From positions 1 through 57,754 of the forward strand of contig CAVHXA010000011.1 of assembly GCA_963639765.1 (NCBI GenBank): DNA of 57,754 nt, given 5' to 3'. The notes beneath the pieces were generated by a model. The model made no database searches. It saw only the letters and a program-made list of their open reading frames with translations, and was not told the origin of the DNA. The stretch comes from Oscillospiraceae bacterium. Lineage in GTDB: Bacteria; Bacillota; Clostridia; Oscillospirales; Oscillospiraceae. How positions within the stretch are numbered: the first letter of the stretch is position 1; every line of letters begins with the position of its first letter. Below are positions 47,291 to 57,682 of the stretch, in pieces. The position numbers and the translations under genes are program-made.

Positions 47291-50092
47291 ATGCAAGACA
47301 TGATCCGTGTGCGAGGTGCACGCGAAAACAACCTGAAAAACATCGATCTGGATATTCCGCGAGACAAGCTGGTGGTATTTACCGGCCTGTCGGGCAGCGG
47401 AAAGTCCAGTCTGGCCTTTGATACCATTTATGCCGAGGGGCAGCGTCGATATGTGGAGTCTCTCAGTTCGTATGCACGGCAGTTTTTGGGGCAGATGGAC
47501 AAACCGGATGTTGATCGGATTGACGGATTGTCACCGGCTATTTCCATCGATCAGAAAACCACATCCAGGAATCCAAGGTCTACAGTTGGAACGGTGACGG
47601 AAATTTATGATTATCTCCGTCTTCTGTGGGCACGGGTTGGTGTACCGCATTGCCCAAAATGCGGCAGAGAAATACGTCGTCAGACCATAGACCAGATTGT
47701 GGACCGCGTGATGCAGATGCCGGAAGGAACGAGGTTTCAGGTTCTGGCACCTGTTATACGAGGCAAAAAGGGTGAGCATCAGAAAATATTTGACGATGCG
47801 AGAAAAAGCGGCTATGTGCGCGTACGGGTGGATGGCATTCTGTATGATCTGGCTGAGCCAATCAAACTGGAAAAAAACAAAAAGCACACCATCGAGGTGA
47901 TTGTGGACCGATTGATTATGCGCGCGGATCTGCAGCGCAGGCTTACAGATTCCATTGAAACCGCAGCAAAGGCATCCGACGGACTGGTCGGCATCCATAC
48001 TCTGGAGGACGATCGCGTGGAGCTTTACAGCCAAAATTATGCCTGTGAGGAATGTGGCGTATCTCTTCCGGAATTTTCACCGCGGATGTTTTCGTTTAAT
48101 GCTCCTTACGGCTCCTGCCCAACCTGCTCGGGGCTTGGAACTCTCCTGAAGGTTGACCCGAACAGCGTTGTTCCGGACAAAAGCCTCTCTATCAACGAGG
48201 GGGCTGTTGTGGCCAACGGCTGGGGCAACATCAGCACAAACAGTATTGCTGCCATGTATTTTCGCGCTCTGTCAAAAAAATACGGGTTTTCTCTGGACAT
48301 ACCCTTTAAGGATCTCTCGCAGCAGGCACAGGATATATTGTTGTATGGAACAAAAGGAGAGAAGCTGCAGATAAACCGCTATTATAATCAGGCTTTTGAG
48401 GGCATTATCGGAAACATCGAACGTCGGTATCGCGAAACACAGTCAGAATCCATGAAACGCGAGCTGGAAACCTATATGTTAGCCAGCCCTTGCCCGGACT
48501 GCCATGCGGATCGCCTGAACCCGGTGGTGCTGGCTGTTACGGTGGGTGGGATGAACATTGCGGAGTTTTGCCGTTTGCCGATTAACCAGGGGATCGAGTT
48601 TCTGCAAAACCTTCAGCTTGTCGGCACCGAGGCTGTGATTGCCGAGCAGGTTCTCAAGGAAATCAAATCCCGAATGAGCTTCTTACAGTCAGTTGGCCTG
48701 CAGTATCTTACTTTGGCCAGAAGTGCGGCCAGCCTGTCGGGCGGTGAAAGCCAGCGAATCCGTCTGGCTACGCAGATTGGCTCCTCGCTGATGGGTGTTG
48801 TGTATATTCTGGATGAACCCTCTATTGGTCTGCACCAGCGGGATAATCGTCGTCTACTGGATACGCTGTGCAAAATGCGCGATCTGGGCAATACACTGAT
48901 TGTTGTAGAGCACGATGAGGATACCATTCGGGAAGCGGATCATATTGTGGATATCGGTCCCGGAGCCGGCGTAAACGGGGGCTTTGTGGTAGCACAGGGG
49001 AGCCTTGCGGATATCATAGCCTGCGAGCAATCGGTTACCGGTCAGTATCTATCCGGGAAAAAACAGATTCCCGTTCCGATACAGCGCAGGCAGGGAAATG
49101 GAAAATATCTGAGAATATTCGGCGCACGGGCAAACAATCTGCAGGGCATCGATGCAGAAATTCCACTGGGTACATTTACCTGTGTGACAGGTGTTTCCGG
49201 AAGCGGAAAATCCAGTCTCGTCAATGAGATTATCTACAATCGCCTGGCGGCCGATTTGAACCACGCGCGGCTGCATGCCGGTGCCCATGATCGCATGGAG
49301 GGAATTACACATCTGGATAAGGTTGTTGGGATAGATCAAAGCCCTATCGGGCGCACACCGAGGTCAAATCCCGCAACCTATACAGGCCTGTTCGGCGATA
49401 TCCGTGAGCTGTTTGCCTCCACTGCAGAAGCCAGGCAGAGAGGCTATACCGCAGGACGATTTTCGTTTAATATCAAAGGCGGGCGTTGCGAGGCCTGCGG
49501 CGGAGACGGTCTCGTAAAGATCGAGATGAATTTTCTGCCGGATGTATATGTCAACTGCGATGTGTGTCAGGGCAGACGCTATAACCGTGAGACTCTTGAG
49601 ATTCGCTACAAAGGAAAGAGCATTGCGGATGTGCTGGATATGACCGCAGAAGAGGCACTGGCTTTTTTTGAAAATCTTCCGAAGATTCGCAGCAAAATCC
49701 AGACGCTGTGTCAGGTAGGTCTTGGCTATGTGCAGCTGGGCCAAAGCAGTACAACCCTTTCCGGCGGTGAGGCCCAGCGTGTCAAGCTGGCCACAGAGCT
49801 GTCGCGTCGGGCTACGGGACGCACATTGTATATTCTTGATGAACCAACCACAGGGCTGCATACGGCCGATGTACATCGACTTATCGAGGTGCTCAGCGCA
49901 TTGGTCGACGCAGGCAATACCGTATTGGTTATCGAACACAACCTTGATGTGATCAAAACTGCCGACTACCTCATTGATCTTGGCCCCGAAGGGGGAGACG
50001 AAGGCGGAAGAATTGTTGCTTCCGGCACACCTGAACAGGTTGCTGCCTGTCCAAACAGTTACACAGGCCAGTTTTTAAGACATATGCTGTAA
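47291..50092 (+). CDS. uvrA: excinuclease ABC subunit A
   Basis: Two ABC ATPase modules ([12 protein letters not shown]; [10 protein letters not shown]). Zinc-finger Cys pairs. 933 aa. Confidence 0.95.
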   Translation: MQDMIRVRGARENNLKNIDLDIPRDKLVVFTGLSGSGKSSLAFDTIYAEGQRRYVESLSSYARQFLGQMDKPDVDRIDGLSPAISIDQKTTSRNPRSTVGTVTEIYDYLRLLWARVGVPHCPKCGREIRRQTIDQIVDRVMQMPEGTRFQVLAPVIRGKKGEHQKIFDDARKSGYVRVRVDGILYDLAEPIKLEKNKKHTIEVIVDRLIMRADLQRRLTDSIETAAKASDGLVGIHTLEDDRVELYSQNYACEECGVSLPEFSPRMFSFNAPYGSCPTCSGLGTLLKVDPNSVVPDKSLSINEGAVVANGWGNISTNSIAAMYFRALSKKYGFSLDIPFKDLSQQAQDILLYGTKGEKLQINRYYNQAFEGIIGNIERRYRETQSESMKRELETYMLASPCPDCHADRLNPVVLAVTVGGMNIAEFCRLPINQGIEFLQNLQLVGTEAVIAEQVLKEIKSRMSFLQSVGLQYLTLARSAASLSGGESQRIRLATQIGSSLMGVVYILDEPSIGLHQRDNRRLLDTLCKMRDLGNTLIVVEHDEDTIREADHIVDIGPGAGVNGGFVVAQGSLADIIACEQSVTGQYLSGKKQIPVPIQRRQGNGKYLRIFGARANNLQGIDAEIPLGTFTCVTGVSGSGKSSLVNEIIYNRLAADLNHARLHAGAHDRMEGITHLDKVVGIDQSPIGRTPRSNPATYTGLFGDIRELFASTAEARQRGYTAGRFSFNIKGGRCEACGGDGLVKIEMNFLPDVYVNCDVCQGRRYNRETLEIRYKGKSIADVLDMTAEEALAFFENLPKIRSKIQTLCQVGLGYVQLGQSSTTLSGGEAQRVKLATELSRRATGRTLYILDEPTTGLHTADVHRLIEVLSALVDAGNTVLVIEHNLDVIKTADYLIDLGPEGGDEGGRIVASGTPEQVAACPNSYTGQFLRHML

Positions 50093-50235
50093 GAACGCGG
50101 AGCAATACATTGCGCGAAAGCGGCAGGATACAGATAATGCGCTGAAATCCAATGTCCTCTTTGGCAGAAGACCCTACAAACACGTGAACGACACCGTTTT
50201 TTTAAACAGCTATTCTGATAGCAGGAGGTAACACC

Positions 50236-51162
50236 ATGCAGGAATTTGACCTGATTTCTCAATGCGGCGGTCCGCTTCATTGTCGATTATGGCTACCGAA
50301 CGGGCATCCGAGGGCTGTGGTGCAGCTGGTGCATGGCATTGCTGAGCATACTGCCAGATATGACCATTTTGCACGGTATCTGACGGAGCATGACCTTGCT
50401 GTTGCAGCAGAGGACCATATGGGCCATGGCGGCTCTATCAGCAAGGCAACGCCACAGGGGTGCTTTGCCGGCGGCTGGCAGGGTGCGGTTGAAGACGTGC
50501 ATATTCTCTTTGAACACATGCAGATGCAGATTGATGCACCCTTCTTCCTGCTTGGTCATTCCATGGGCTCGTTTCTTACACGAAGCTTTCTGATTCGTTA
50601 TCCGGAGACCCGGCTGCGCGGCGCAATTCTCAGCGGCACAGCCTGGCAGCCCAACGCGGTACTTCTGACAGGCAGAGCCATTTGCAGACTCGAAATTTGC
50701 CGCCATGGCGAGCAGGGAGTCAGTCATCTGGCATATAATCTGGCTTTCGGAGCATATAACAGGCACTGCAAGCCCGCACGTACGTCCAGCGACTGGATCA
50801 GCCGCGATGAGCAGCAGGTGGATCTCTATAACGCCGATCCGCTGTGCGGCTTTGTCCCATCGGTTGGACTGCTGTCTGATATGATGCAGGGCATAGCCTA
50901 TAATCAGAAGACGGAGCATTTGCAGCAGATGAACCCCGCACTGCCTGTGCTGTTTATGTCAGGAGATAAGGATCCTGTCGGATCCTATGGTAAAGGCGTA
51001 ATTCAAAGCGCCAGGGCTTTTGAGCGGGCAGGAATGCAGGATATCGGTGTTCGACTGTGGCCGGGAGGCCGACATGAAATGCTCAACGAGATCAATCGTG
51101 ATGCAGTGTATCGGACTGTTCTGGATTGGCTGAACGAAAAAATCCAAGGAAGCACCGTATAA
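50236..51162 (+). CDS. alpha/beta hydrolase (lysophospholipase / monoacylglycerol lipase-like)
   Basis: HGIAEH oxyanion region, nucleophile elbow GHSMGS, C-terminal Asp/His. AGGAGG RBS. Confidence 0.8.
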   Translation: MQEFDLISQCGGPLHCRLWLPNGHPRAVVQLVHGIAEHTARYDHFARYLTEHDLAVAAEDHMGHGGSISKATPQGCFAGGWQGAVEDVHILFEHMQMQIDAPFFLLGHSMGSFLTRSFLIRYPETRLRGAILSGTAWQPNAVLLTGRAICRLEICRHGEQGVSHLAYNLAFGAYNRHCKPARTSSDWISRDEQQVDLYNADPLCGFVPSVGLLSDMMQGIAYNQKTEHLQQMNPALPVLFMSGDKDPVGSYGKGVIQSARAFERAGMQDIGVRLWPGGRHEMLNEINRDAVYRTVLDWLNEKIQGSTV

Positions 51163-51458
51163 TGCGGCAAGTGTATTCGGCGGGAAATTTTGTCCAGGGA
51201 CAAGGTTCTGGAAACGCAGGAATATACTGTATGCATTTCAAGCCTTCCAAACTGCAGGATTGGGGCAGAAGGCTACGGACAAATTGTGCGGTGTTTCCCT
51301 AAGGCAGCACTGCACAAACATATTTGGAAACCTGAAAAACTGCAAAGGCTTCTTTCGGTTTTCCGCTTTTTCCTAACGATAAATATCTTGGCTTTCCAGC
51401 AGATTTGCACAGGTTTGCCCCGAACATAAAGGCCGTCTGCGGCAAGGAGGAGCGCACA

Positions 51459-52136
51459 ATGTATCAGCAGCATATATTCCTCGACCTTGAAATGAATCCA
51501 ATTCCACGGCGATATGAAGCAGAGCGCAGGATTGCCAGAGCGGAGATAATCGAGATCGGCGCGGTAAAACTGGGACCGGACTATCAGCTTGTTGATCGCT
51601 ACTCTGCTTTTGTTCGTCCGATATACGGCGGTATCGCTGCACACATCTCAAGCCTGACCGGCATTACGGATGATGAGGTGGCTGCAGCTCCGGAGCTCGC
51701 CGAGGCACTGGAAAAATTTGGACAATGGATCGGACCGGCGAAAAGCCGTATTTATTCCTGGAGTATGTCCGACTGGCGGCAGCTTGACAGTGAATGTCAG
51801 CTCAAGCAGCTGAATATGCCGGATGGGTTATGTCACCGCTGGATGGATTTTCAACGTGTGTATACCAGACTTCTGGGCCTCTCACGGCAAAATCCACTGA
51901 GTCTGAAAAATGCCATAGGTGCTGTTGAAACAACATTTGACGGCAGGGCTCACCGGGCTGTGCAGGATGCTGAGAATTCTGCTTCGCTGCTTATCCTTGT
52001 GGAAACCGGTGACTTTAAGGCGCGCACAGAAACCATCCGCGCAACACTGCACCCGACAACGGGCTATAGTATCGCCGATTCTGCGGGCGCCGGTGCTCTT
52101 GCACAGCTGCTTGCTCGCATGAAGGCTGAGGGGTAA
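51459..52136 (+). CDS. DEDDh-family 3'-5' exonuclease (DnaQ/KapD-like)
   Basis: Exo I motif FLDLEMN, Exo II, Exo III with H/D (...GRAHRAVQDAEN...). AAGGAGG RBS. Confidence 0.8.
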   Translation: MYQQHIFLDLEMNPIPRRYEAERRIARAEIIEIGAVKLGPDYQLVDRYSAFVRPIYGGIAAHISSLTGITDDEVAAAPELAEALEKFGQWIGPAKSRIYSWSMSDWRQLDSECQLKQLNMPDGLCHRWMDFQRVYTRLLGLSRQNPLSLKNAIGAVETTFDGRAHRAVQDAENSASLLILVETGDFKARTETIRATLHPTTGYSIADSAGAGALAQLLARMKAEG

Positions 52137-52166
52137 GAAAACGCATGCGGGATTACCCTGACATTT

Positions 52167-52210
52167 CAGCGGGAGAAACCAAGGATTTTGTGGTTTCTCC
52201 CGCTGTTTTT
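52167..52210 (+). terminator. strong intrinsic terminator after the exonuclease gene
   Basis: Perfect 15-bp stem CAGCGGGAGAAACCA (52167-52181) / TGGTTTCTCCCGCTG (52191-52205), 9-nt loop, TTTTT (52206-52210). Confidence 0.85.
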
Positions 52211-52275
52211 AAAGAAGCAGTGGCTTTATGAAAATATATTAGGAGCGTATTTGCGGTTTTCGAAAATAAATGAGA

Positions 52276-54039
52276 TTACAGGTTGTTGCGTGCGGCACGA
52301 TATTTATCCTGAGCCTGGTAGGTGGTGTGGAGAATCTCTTCGGCTTTTTCACTGCCCCAGGCACCGAGATAGTCTGCATAAACCTGCTGTACGATGGGGT
52401 TCAGGTGGCTGCGGCGCAGCTGTTTGGCAGCGTCATTTCGATACAGGGCTGCAGCACGCAGGGCGGTAAGGTTGGTAAACGAGCGGACTTTGGCAGGCTG
52501 CCATGGCTGACCTCCACCATTGACACAACCGCCGGGGCAGCACATAACCTCAATAAAGTCGTATTGTTTTTCTCCACGTCTGACAAGATCCAAAAGGGCA
52601 GCTGCATTGGCTGTACCGGAGGTTACCGCCACACGTACGGTACGACCGGGAAGCTCGTAGACTGCTTCTCTTGTGTTTTCGAGCCCACGTACTTCTGTAA
52701 ATTCCAGCGGGGAGTTTTCGTCGCCGCCCAACACAATAGACACAACGCTGCGCAGAGCAGCCTCCATTACACCGCCCGAGGCACCAAAGATAACCGATGC
52801 ACCTGTGGAAATGCCGAACAGATCATCAAATTCTCCATCCTCGAGGTTGTCAAACTGCATTCCCAGACGTTTGATCATTGAGGCAAGCTCTCGTGTGGTC
52901 AGTGATACGTCGATATCCGGGTATGGTCCCTCCTGCATATTTGGACGAAGCACTTCGTATTTTTTAGCTGTGCAGGGCATTACACTGACAACAAAGATAT
53001 CCTTTGGATCCAGACCGAGCTTTTCGGCATAATAGGTTTTCATCAGTGCACCAAACATGCCCTGCGGACTTTTGCAGGAAGAAAGATTCGGCAAAAAGTC
53101 AGAGCAGTATTGTTCACAAAAACGAATCCAGCCGGGAGAGCATGAGGTGATGAGCGGCAAGGGGCCGCCTTCACCCTTCAGCCGGCGCAGAAGCTCGGTT
53201 CCTTCTTCGATAATGGTAAAGTCGGCAGCAGTGTCTACATCAAACACGGCATTAAAACCAAGGTTTCGCAGCGCAGTGACCATTTTGCCCTCGACATCGG
53301 TTCCGATGGGATAGTCAAAGCATTCACCCAGGGTGGCACGTACAGACGGAGCTGTACCAACCACCACATGCTTGGAAGGATCGGACAAGGCCTGCCAGAC
53401 CAGATCGGTCTGGTCTTTTTCATAGAGTGCACCGGTAGGGCAGGCTACAATACACTGGCCGCACGAAATGCAGCCGACTTCTGCAAGCTTGCGGTTGAAC
53501 TCACAGCCGATGCTTGTGGAAAAGCCGCGATCGTTTGGACCGATAACGCTCACACCCTGCTTGGCACATGCGGCCACGCAGCGTCTGCAAAGCACACACT
53601 TGGAATTGTCACGAACCAGATGAGCTGCCGAATCTTCGATTTCAGGTTCAGGTCTTGTTTTCTGAAAGGGAACCTCGGAAATTCCCAGCTGACGTGAGAG
53701 AATCTGAAGCTCACAGGTGCCGTTGCGGTGGCAGGTCAGGCACTCCATCCGGTGATTGGAGAGAATCAGTTCGAGGGTCATTTTTCTGGCCTTGAGCACC
53801 TTGGCCGTGTTGGTCCAAACTGACATGTTCTCGCTGACAGGATATACACATGCGGCACACAGGCTTCGGGCACCTTCAACTTCAACCAGGCAAAGACGGC
53901 ATGAGCCGATTTCATTTAAACCCTTCAGATAGCAAAGTGAGGGAACGTCTACCCCTGCGATGTGTGCGGCCTCCATGATAGTGGCCCCGGCTGGCACGGT
54001 GACCTCACGGCCGTTGACTTTCATATTGATGGTATCCAT
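52276..54039 (-). CDS. hydA: [FeFe]-hydrogenase catalytic subunit (group A3-type, ~580 aa, N-terminal 2Fe-2S + 2x4Fe-4S + H-domain) with non-canonical L1 motif
   Basis: L2 MPCTAKKYE and L3 EVMCCPGGCVNGGGQP are present. L1 reads TSCSPGW, confirmed on the DNA (ACC TCA TGC TCT CCC GGC TGG), instead of TSCCPxW. AAGGGAGG RBS. Confidence 0.9.
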   Translation of the reverse strand: MDTINMKVNGREVTVPAGATIMEAAHIAGVDVPSLCYLKGLNEIGSCRLCLVEVEGARSLCAACVYPVSENMSVWTNTAKVLKARKMTLELILSNHRMECLTCHRNGTCELQILSRQLGISEVPFQKTRPEPEIEDSAAHLVRDNSKCVLCRRCVAACAKQGVSVIGPNDRGFSTSIGCEFNRKLAEVGCISCGQCIVACPTGALYEKDQTDLVWQALSDPSKHVVVGTAPSVRATLGECFDYPIGTDVEGKMVTALRNLGFNAVFDVDTAADFTIIEEGTELLRRLKGEGGPLPLITSCSPGWIRFCEQYCSDFLPNLSSCKSPQGMFGALMKTYYAEKLGLDPKDIFVVSVMPCTAKKYEVLRPNMQEGPYPDIDVSLTTRELASMIKRLGMQFDNLEDGEFDDLFGISTGASVIFGASGGVMEAALRSVVSIVLGGDENSPLEFTEVRGLENTREAVYELPGRTVRVAVTSGTANAAALLDLVRRGEKQYDFIEVMCCPGGCVNGGGQPWQPAKVRSFTNLTALRAAALYRNDAAKQLRRSHLNPIVQQVYADYLGAWGSEKAEEILHTTYQAQDKYRAARNNL

Positions 54040-54054
54040 TGATGCAAACCTCCC

Positions 54055-55851
54055 TTAGCCCTTGTGAATCGCGCCAAACTTGCACTTGGTCACGCAGGTG
54101 CCGCATTTAATACATTTATTCGGGTCGATGGAGTGCGGTTTTTTTACCTGACCGGAAATGGCCACAGCGGGGCATACACGAGCACAGGCCGTACAGCCTT
54201 TGCACTTATCCGGGTCGATAATATAACGGAACAGATTGGGACATACGCCGGCAGGGCAGCGCTTGTCAACTACGTGGGCAATATACTCATCGCGGAAATT
54301 ACGCAAGGTAGACAGTACAGGGTTTGGCGCGGTCTGTCCAAGGGCGCACAGGGCGCTGGATTTGATGTGGGCTGCCAGCTGTTCAAGCAGATCGATGTCC
54401 TCAAGCGTACCATTGCCCTCAGTGATTTTTTCCATGAGCTCATACATCCGGCGAACACCGATGCGGCAGGGAGCGCACTTGCCGCAGCTTTCACCCACGG
54501 TGAAGGACAGAAAATACTTGGCAATGTCGACCATGCAGTTGTCTTCGTCCATAACTACCATACCGCCGGAGCCCATCATGCCGCCGATTTTGGTCAGATT
54601 GTCATAATCTACAGGCACGTCAAGATCCTTTTCACTGATACAGGCACCGGATGGACCGCCCATCTGCACGGCCTTAAATTTTTTGCCGTTTGGAACTCCA
54701 CCGCCGATTTCCTCCACAATTTCGCGGATAGTTGTGCCCATGGGCACCTCGACGAGACCGGTGTTGTTGATTTTGCCGCCAAGAGCAAAGACCTTTGTTC
54801 CCTTGCTTCCCTCAGTGCCGATGGCCGAAAAGGCCTGTGCACCATGATAGATGATCCAGGGAATATTGGCCCAGGTTTCGACATTGTTGAGAACCGTGGG
54901 CTTGCCGAACAGGCCCTTGACCGCCGGGAAAGGAGGACGGGGCCGCGGCTCACCGCGCTTGCCCTCGATAGAAACCATCAGAGCCGTTTCTTCACCGCAG
55001 ACAAACGCACCGGATCCCAGGCGAACCTCGATATCAAAAGCAAAGCCTGTCCCAAGAATATTGTTGCCCAAAAAGCCATACTCCCGGCTTTGCGCGATGG
55101 CTGTTTTCAGACGCTGAACGGCAATGGGATATTCTGCGCGAACATAGATATAGCCATAAGTAGCGCCGATTGCGTAGGCAGCAATGGTCATGGCCTCAAG
55201 CACCGAATGTGGGTCGCCTTCGAGAATCGAACGGTCCATAAAAGCACCGGGGTCGCCCTCGTCGGCATTGCAGCAGACATATTTTACCGGAGCCGGAGCT
55301 GTGGCAAATGACCATTTCAGTCCCGTAGAGAAACCGGCACCGCCGCGGCCACGCAGACCTGAGGCCTTTACTTCGTCGATAACCTGTTGTGGAGTCATTT
55401 CGGTGAGGACTTTGGCCAGTGCGGCATAGCCGTCATAGCCGATGTATTCATCAATGTTTTCGGGATTGATTACACCACAGTTACGCAGCGCTATACGATG
55501 CTGTTTTTTATAGAATTCAATGTTTTCGAGATTACCGGGATTTTCCGAGTCTTCTTCCTGGTCACTCATAAGAAGACGTTCAACCATCCGCCCCTTAACC
55601 AGATGCTCTTCAACGATTTCGGGCACGTCTTCTACCGTTACATGACTGTAGTAGCAGCCCTCGGGATAAACTACCACAATGGGTCCCCTGGCACACAGAC
55701 CATGGCAGCCGGTTTTTACTACGTGAATTTCTTTGTCGAGGCCGCGATTTTTCAGCTGAAAGTTAAAAGCCTCGATGATATCAAGACTGTGCGACGAGGT
55801 GCAGCCTGTTCCGGCACATACCAGAACATGGGCTCGATAACGCTGTGTCAT
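54055..55851 (-). CDS. hydB: NuoF-like flavoprotein subunit of bifurcating hydrogenase (NAD(H)/FMN, 2Fe-2S + 4Fe-4S)
   Basis: N-terminal thioredoxin-like 2Fe-2S. FMN/NADH motifs (GGAGFSTGLKW, GEETAL). Two C-terminal CxxCxxCxxxCP ferredoxin motifs. Confidence 0.9.
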   Translation of the reverse strand: MTQRYRAHVLVCAGTGCTSSHSLDIIEAFNFQLKNRGLDKEIHVVKTGCHGLCARGPIVVVYPEGCYYSHVTVEDVPEIVEEHLVKGRMVERLLMSDQEEDSENPGNLENIEFYKKQHRIALRNCGVINPENIDEYIGYDGYAALAKVLTEMTPQQVIDEVKASGLRGRGGAGFSTGLKWSFATAPAPVKYVCCNADEGDPGAFMDRSILEGDPHSVLEAMTIAAYAIGATYGYIYVRAEYPIAVQRLKTAIAQSREYGFLGNNILGTGFAFDIEVRLGSGAFVCGEETALMVSIEGKRGEPRPRPPFPAVKGLFGKPTVLNNVETWANIPWIIYHGAQAFSAIGTEGSKGTKVFALGGKINNTGLVEVPMGTTIREIVEEIGGGVPNGKKFKAVQMGGPSGACISEKDLDVPVDYDNLTKIGGMMGSGGMVVMDEDNCMVDIAKYFLSFTVGESCGKCAPCRIGVRRMYELMEKITEGNGTLEDIDLLEQLAAHIKSSALCALGQTAPNPVLSTLRNFRDEYIAHVVDKRCPAGVCPNLFRYIIDPDKCKGCTACARVCPAVAISGQVKKPHSIDPNKCIKCGTCVTKCKFGAIHKG

Positions 55852-55863
55852 GTGTCCGCCTCC

Positions 55864-56232
55864 TTATTCTGTGGCGCCGACGGTGTATTCTGTGACAACC
55901 TGCCCGCCGATCAGATGCTGCTCAACTACCTTGCGAGCCTTTTCTGCGGTCATTTTAACGTAGGTGACCTTTTCCTTGCCTGGTGTCATAACTTCAACGA
56001 TGGGCTCAAGACGACACATGCCGATACAGCCCGTTTGAGTTACGTGTATATTTTTCAGGTTGCGCGTATTTACTTCTTCTACAAGAGCGTTAAGCACAGG
56101 ACGAGCCCCTGCTGCGATGCCGCAGGTAGCCATACCGACTACCACACGGATGGTGTCAGAGTCGGAGCTGCGCATTCCGTTCTGGCTTTGCATTTTTTCG
56201 CGAATGGCTTTGAGGTCTTCCAAGGTTTTCAT
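55864..56232 (-). CDS. thioredoxin-like [2Fe-2S] ferredoxin (HndB-like small subunit)
   Basis: 122 aa. CGIAAGA...GCIGMC cluster motif. Between the ATPase-like gene and hydB. Confidence 0.75.
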   Translation of the reverse strand: MKTLEDLKAIREKMQSQNGMRSSDSDTIRVVVGMATCGIAAGARPVLNALVEEVNTRNLKNIHVTQTGCIGMCRLEPIVEVMTPGKEKVTYVKMTAEKARKVVEQHLIGGQVVTEYTVGATE

Positions 56233-56287
56233 CTGGTTAACATCCCTTCTGTGGAATCAGGCAGCAGCACTGCCAGGTCTGTATGGT

Positions 56288-56307
56288 GCAGTCGGTCTGC
56301 CGACTGC
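56288..56307. other. perfect 8-bp stem / 4-nt loop hairpin inside the hyd operon (between HK-like ATPase and ferredoxin genes)
   Basis: GCAGTCGG TCTG CCGACTGC. No T-run. Confidence 0.4.
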
Positions 56308-56317
56308 CTGCAGAACC

Positions 56318-56857
56318 TCAGGTCTGCTGCAAACCGGCTTCGTGTTCGGTGAGATAATCATAAATCCAGCTGCACACCTGTGGCGTATCCAGAGGTACGT
56401 TTCCCAGAACCTGGCGCAGCTGACGGGTATCAAGTTCAAAATGCCCGAGCGGTGTCTGACGATAATAGTAGAAGTCCAGATCGGGTGAACCCTGAATCAG
56501 AGCACAGATACTGGACGCTAGGTCGCCAAGTGGCGGCATGTCGATGCTTTGCGGTATAAATACAGCTGTAAGAACGGTTCCTTTTCCGGGCTGCGATTGG
56601 ATGCTGAGGCTTCCGCCAGTTTGCTCCGCAGTCATTTTCAGTAGGGGAATTCCCATACCTACCCGACGCGTGGTGCGTGTGGTAGTAAAAGGATCGGTGA
56701 CCCTGGCCAGCAATTCGGAAGACATTCCGCAGCCGTTGTCTTCTATTTTCAGGCTGAGTGTATTGTCACACAAGACCAGACTGATGCAGGTCACTGAGGA
56801 TCCGGCAGCTGTTGAGTTTTTTGCAATGTCAAGCAGAAACAGACTCAGGTCTTTCAT
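56318..56857 (-). CDS. histidine-kinase-like ATPase (HATPase_c only, no DHp/His) embedded in the hydrogenase operon
   Basis: N-box LDIAKNSTAAG, G1 IEDNGCGM, G2 GMGIPLL. No phospho-acceptor domain. 6 nt downstream of the hydC stop. Confidence 0.75.
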   Translation of the reverse strand: MKDLSLFLLDIAKNSTAAGSSVTCISLVLCDNTLSLKIEDNGCGMSSELLARVTDPFTTTRTTRRVGMGIPLLKMTAEQTGGSLSIQSQPGKGTVLTAVFIPQSIDMPPLGDLASSICALIQGSPDLDFYYYRQTPLGHFELDTRQLRQVLGNVPLDTPQVCSWIYDYLTEHEAGLQQT

Positions 56858-56863
56858 TTTGCG

Positions 56864-57358
56864 TCAGACATATTTGTCAAGAATTTCGTCTACCATTGCA
56901 GGAGTCATGCGTCCATAGACATCGTCGTTTACCATCATGACCGGCGCAAGACCACAGGCACCTATACAGCGCAGAGATTCGACGGAGTATTTGCCATCTG
57001 GAGAAATTGAACCGTCTTTGCAGTTCAGCTTCAGCTCAATACGGTCGAGTATCTTCTGAGAACCCTTAACATAACAGGCTGTGCCCAGGCAGACCTTAAC
57101 GGCATACTTACCTTTTGGATTAAAGGTGAAGAAAGAGTAGAATGTTGCGATACCGTAGACCTCTTCGAGAGGGATATTCAATCCCTCGGCTACCATTACC
57201 TGTACCTCTTCGGGAAGATAGCCGTAAATATTCTGGGCCTCCTGAAGCACGGGCATAGTGCCACCGGGAACGTCTTTATATTGCTCGATCACCGCCCGGA
57301 GCCTGGCTTCCTGTTCGGCAGTACCCTGAAAGGGGACAACGGTCTTTGTGTTCGGCAT
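56864..57358 (-). CDS. hydC: NuoE-like [2Fe-2S] subunit of bifurcating hydrogenase
   Basis: Start ATG 57358 (MPNTKTVVPF). ...CLGTACYVKG...CIGACGLAPVMMVND 2Fe-2S motif. AAGGAGG RBS. Confidence 0.85.
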   Translation of the reverse strand: MPNTKTVVPFQGTAEQEARLRAVIEQYKDVPGGTMPVLQEAQNIYGYLPEEVQVMVAEGLNIPLEEVYGIATFYSFFTFNPKGKYAVKVCLGTACYVKGSQKILDRIELKLNCKDGSISPDGKYSVESLRCIGACGLAPVMMVNDDVYGRMTPAMVDEILDKYV

Positions 57359-57580
57359 GGTTTGAGATTCCTCCTTAAGGCGCTTTCTAAAGCTGCGGTC
57401 AAATACTTGGCGTATTTTATTATAATGATTTGCCAACGAAAAGGAAAGAGGGGGAAAAAGTTTATTTTTTAACGATACAGTTTTCGCATAAAATTTAAAA
57501 TTTGCAGGATAACTGCGTCGATAATGCAATAAATCCTGCAAATCAGCGGAAATGTTTGGGAACAATCAGAATATTTTGCA

Positions 57581-57598
57581 AGTTAGTTTTAACTAACT
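57581..57598. promoter_or_regulatory. perfect palindrome AGTTAGTT-tt-AACTAACT ~220 nt upstream of the hyd operon; candidate operator
   Basis: Read directly. A second inverted repeat TTGCAGGA (57502-57509) ... TCCTGCAA (57534-57541) lies nearby. Confidence 0.35.
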
Positions 57599-57682
57599 AT
57601 TTAATTATGCAGGGAAACATGTCATTTATATATTAGACAAAATAAACAAATCATACGTATTATAACGTTTGTATAAAAAAGG

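Noticed and set aside
54064-56352. 415-aa and 321-aa plus-strand ORFs
   Set aside because: Antisense to hydB and the ferredoxin gene. The hydrogenase genes carry all diagnostic cofactor motifs, so these are shadows.
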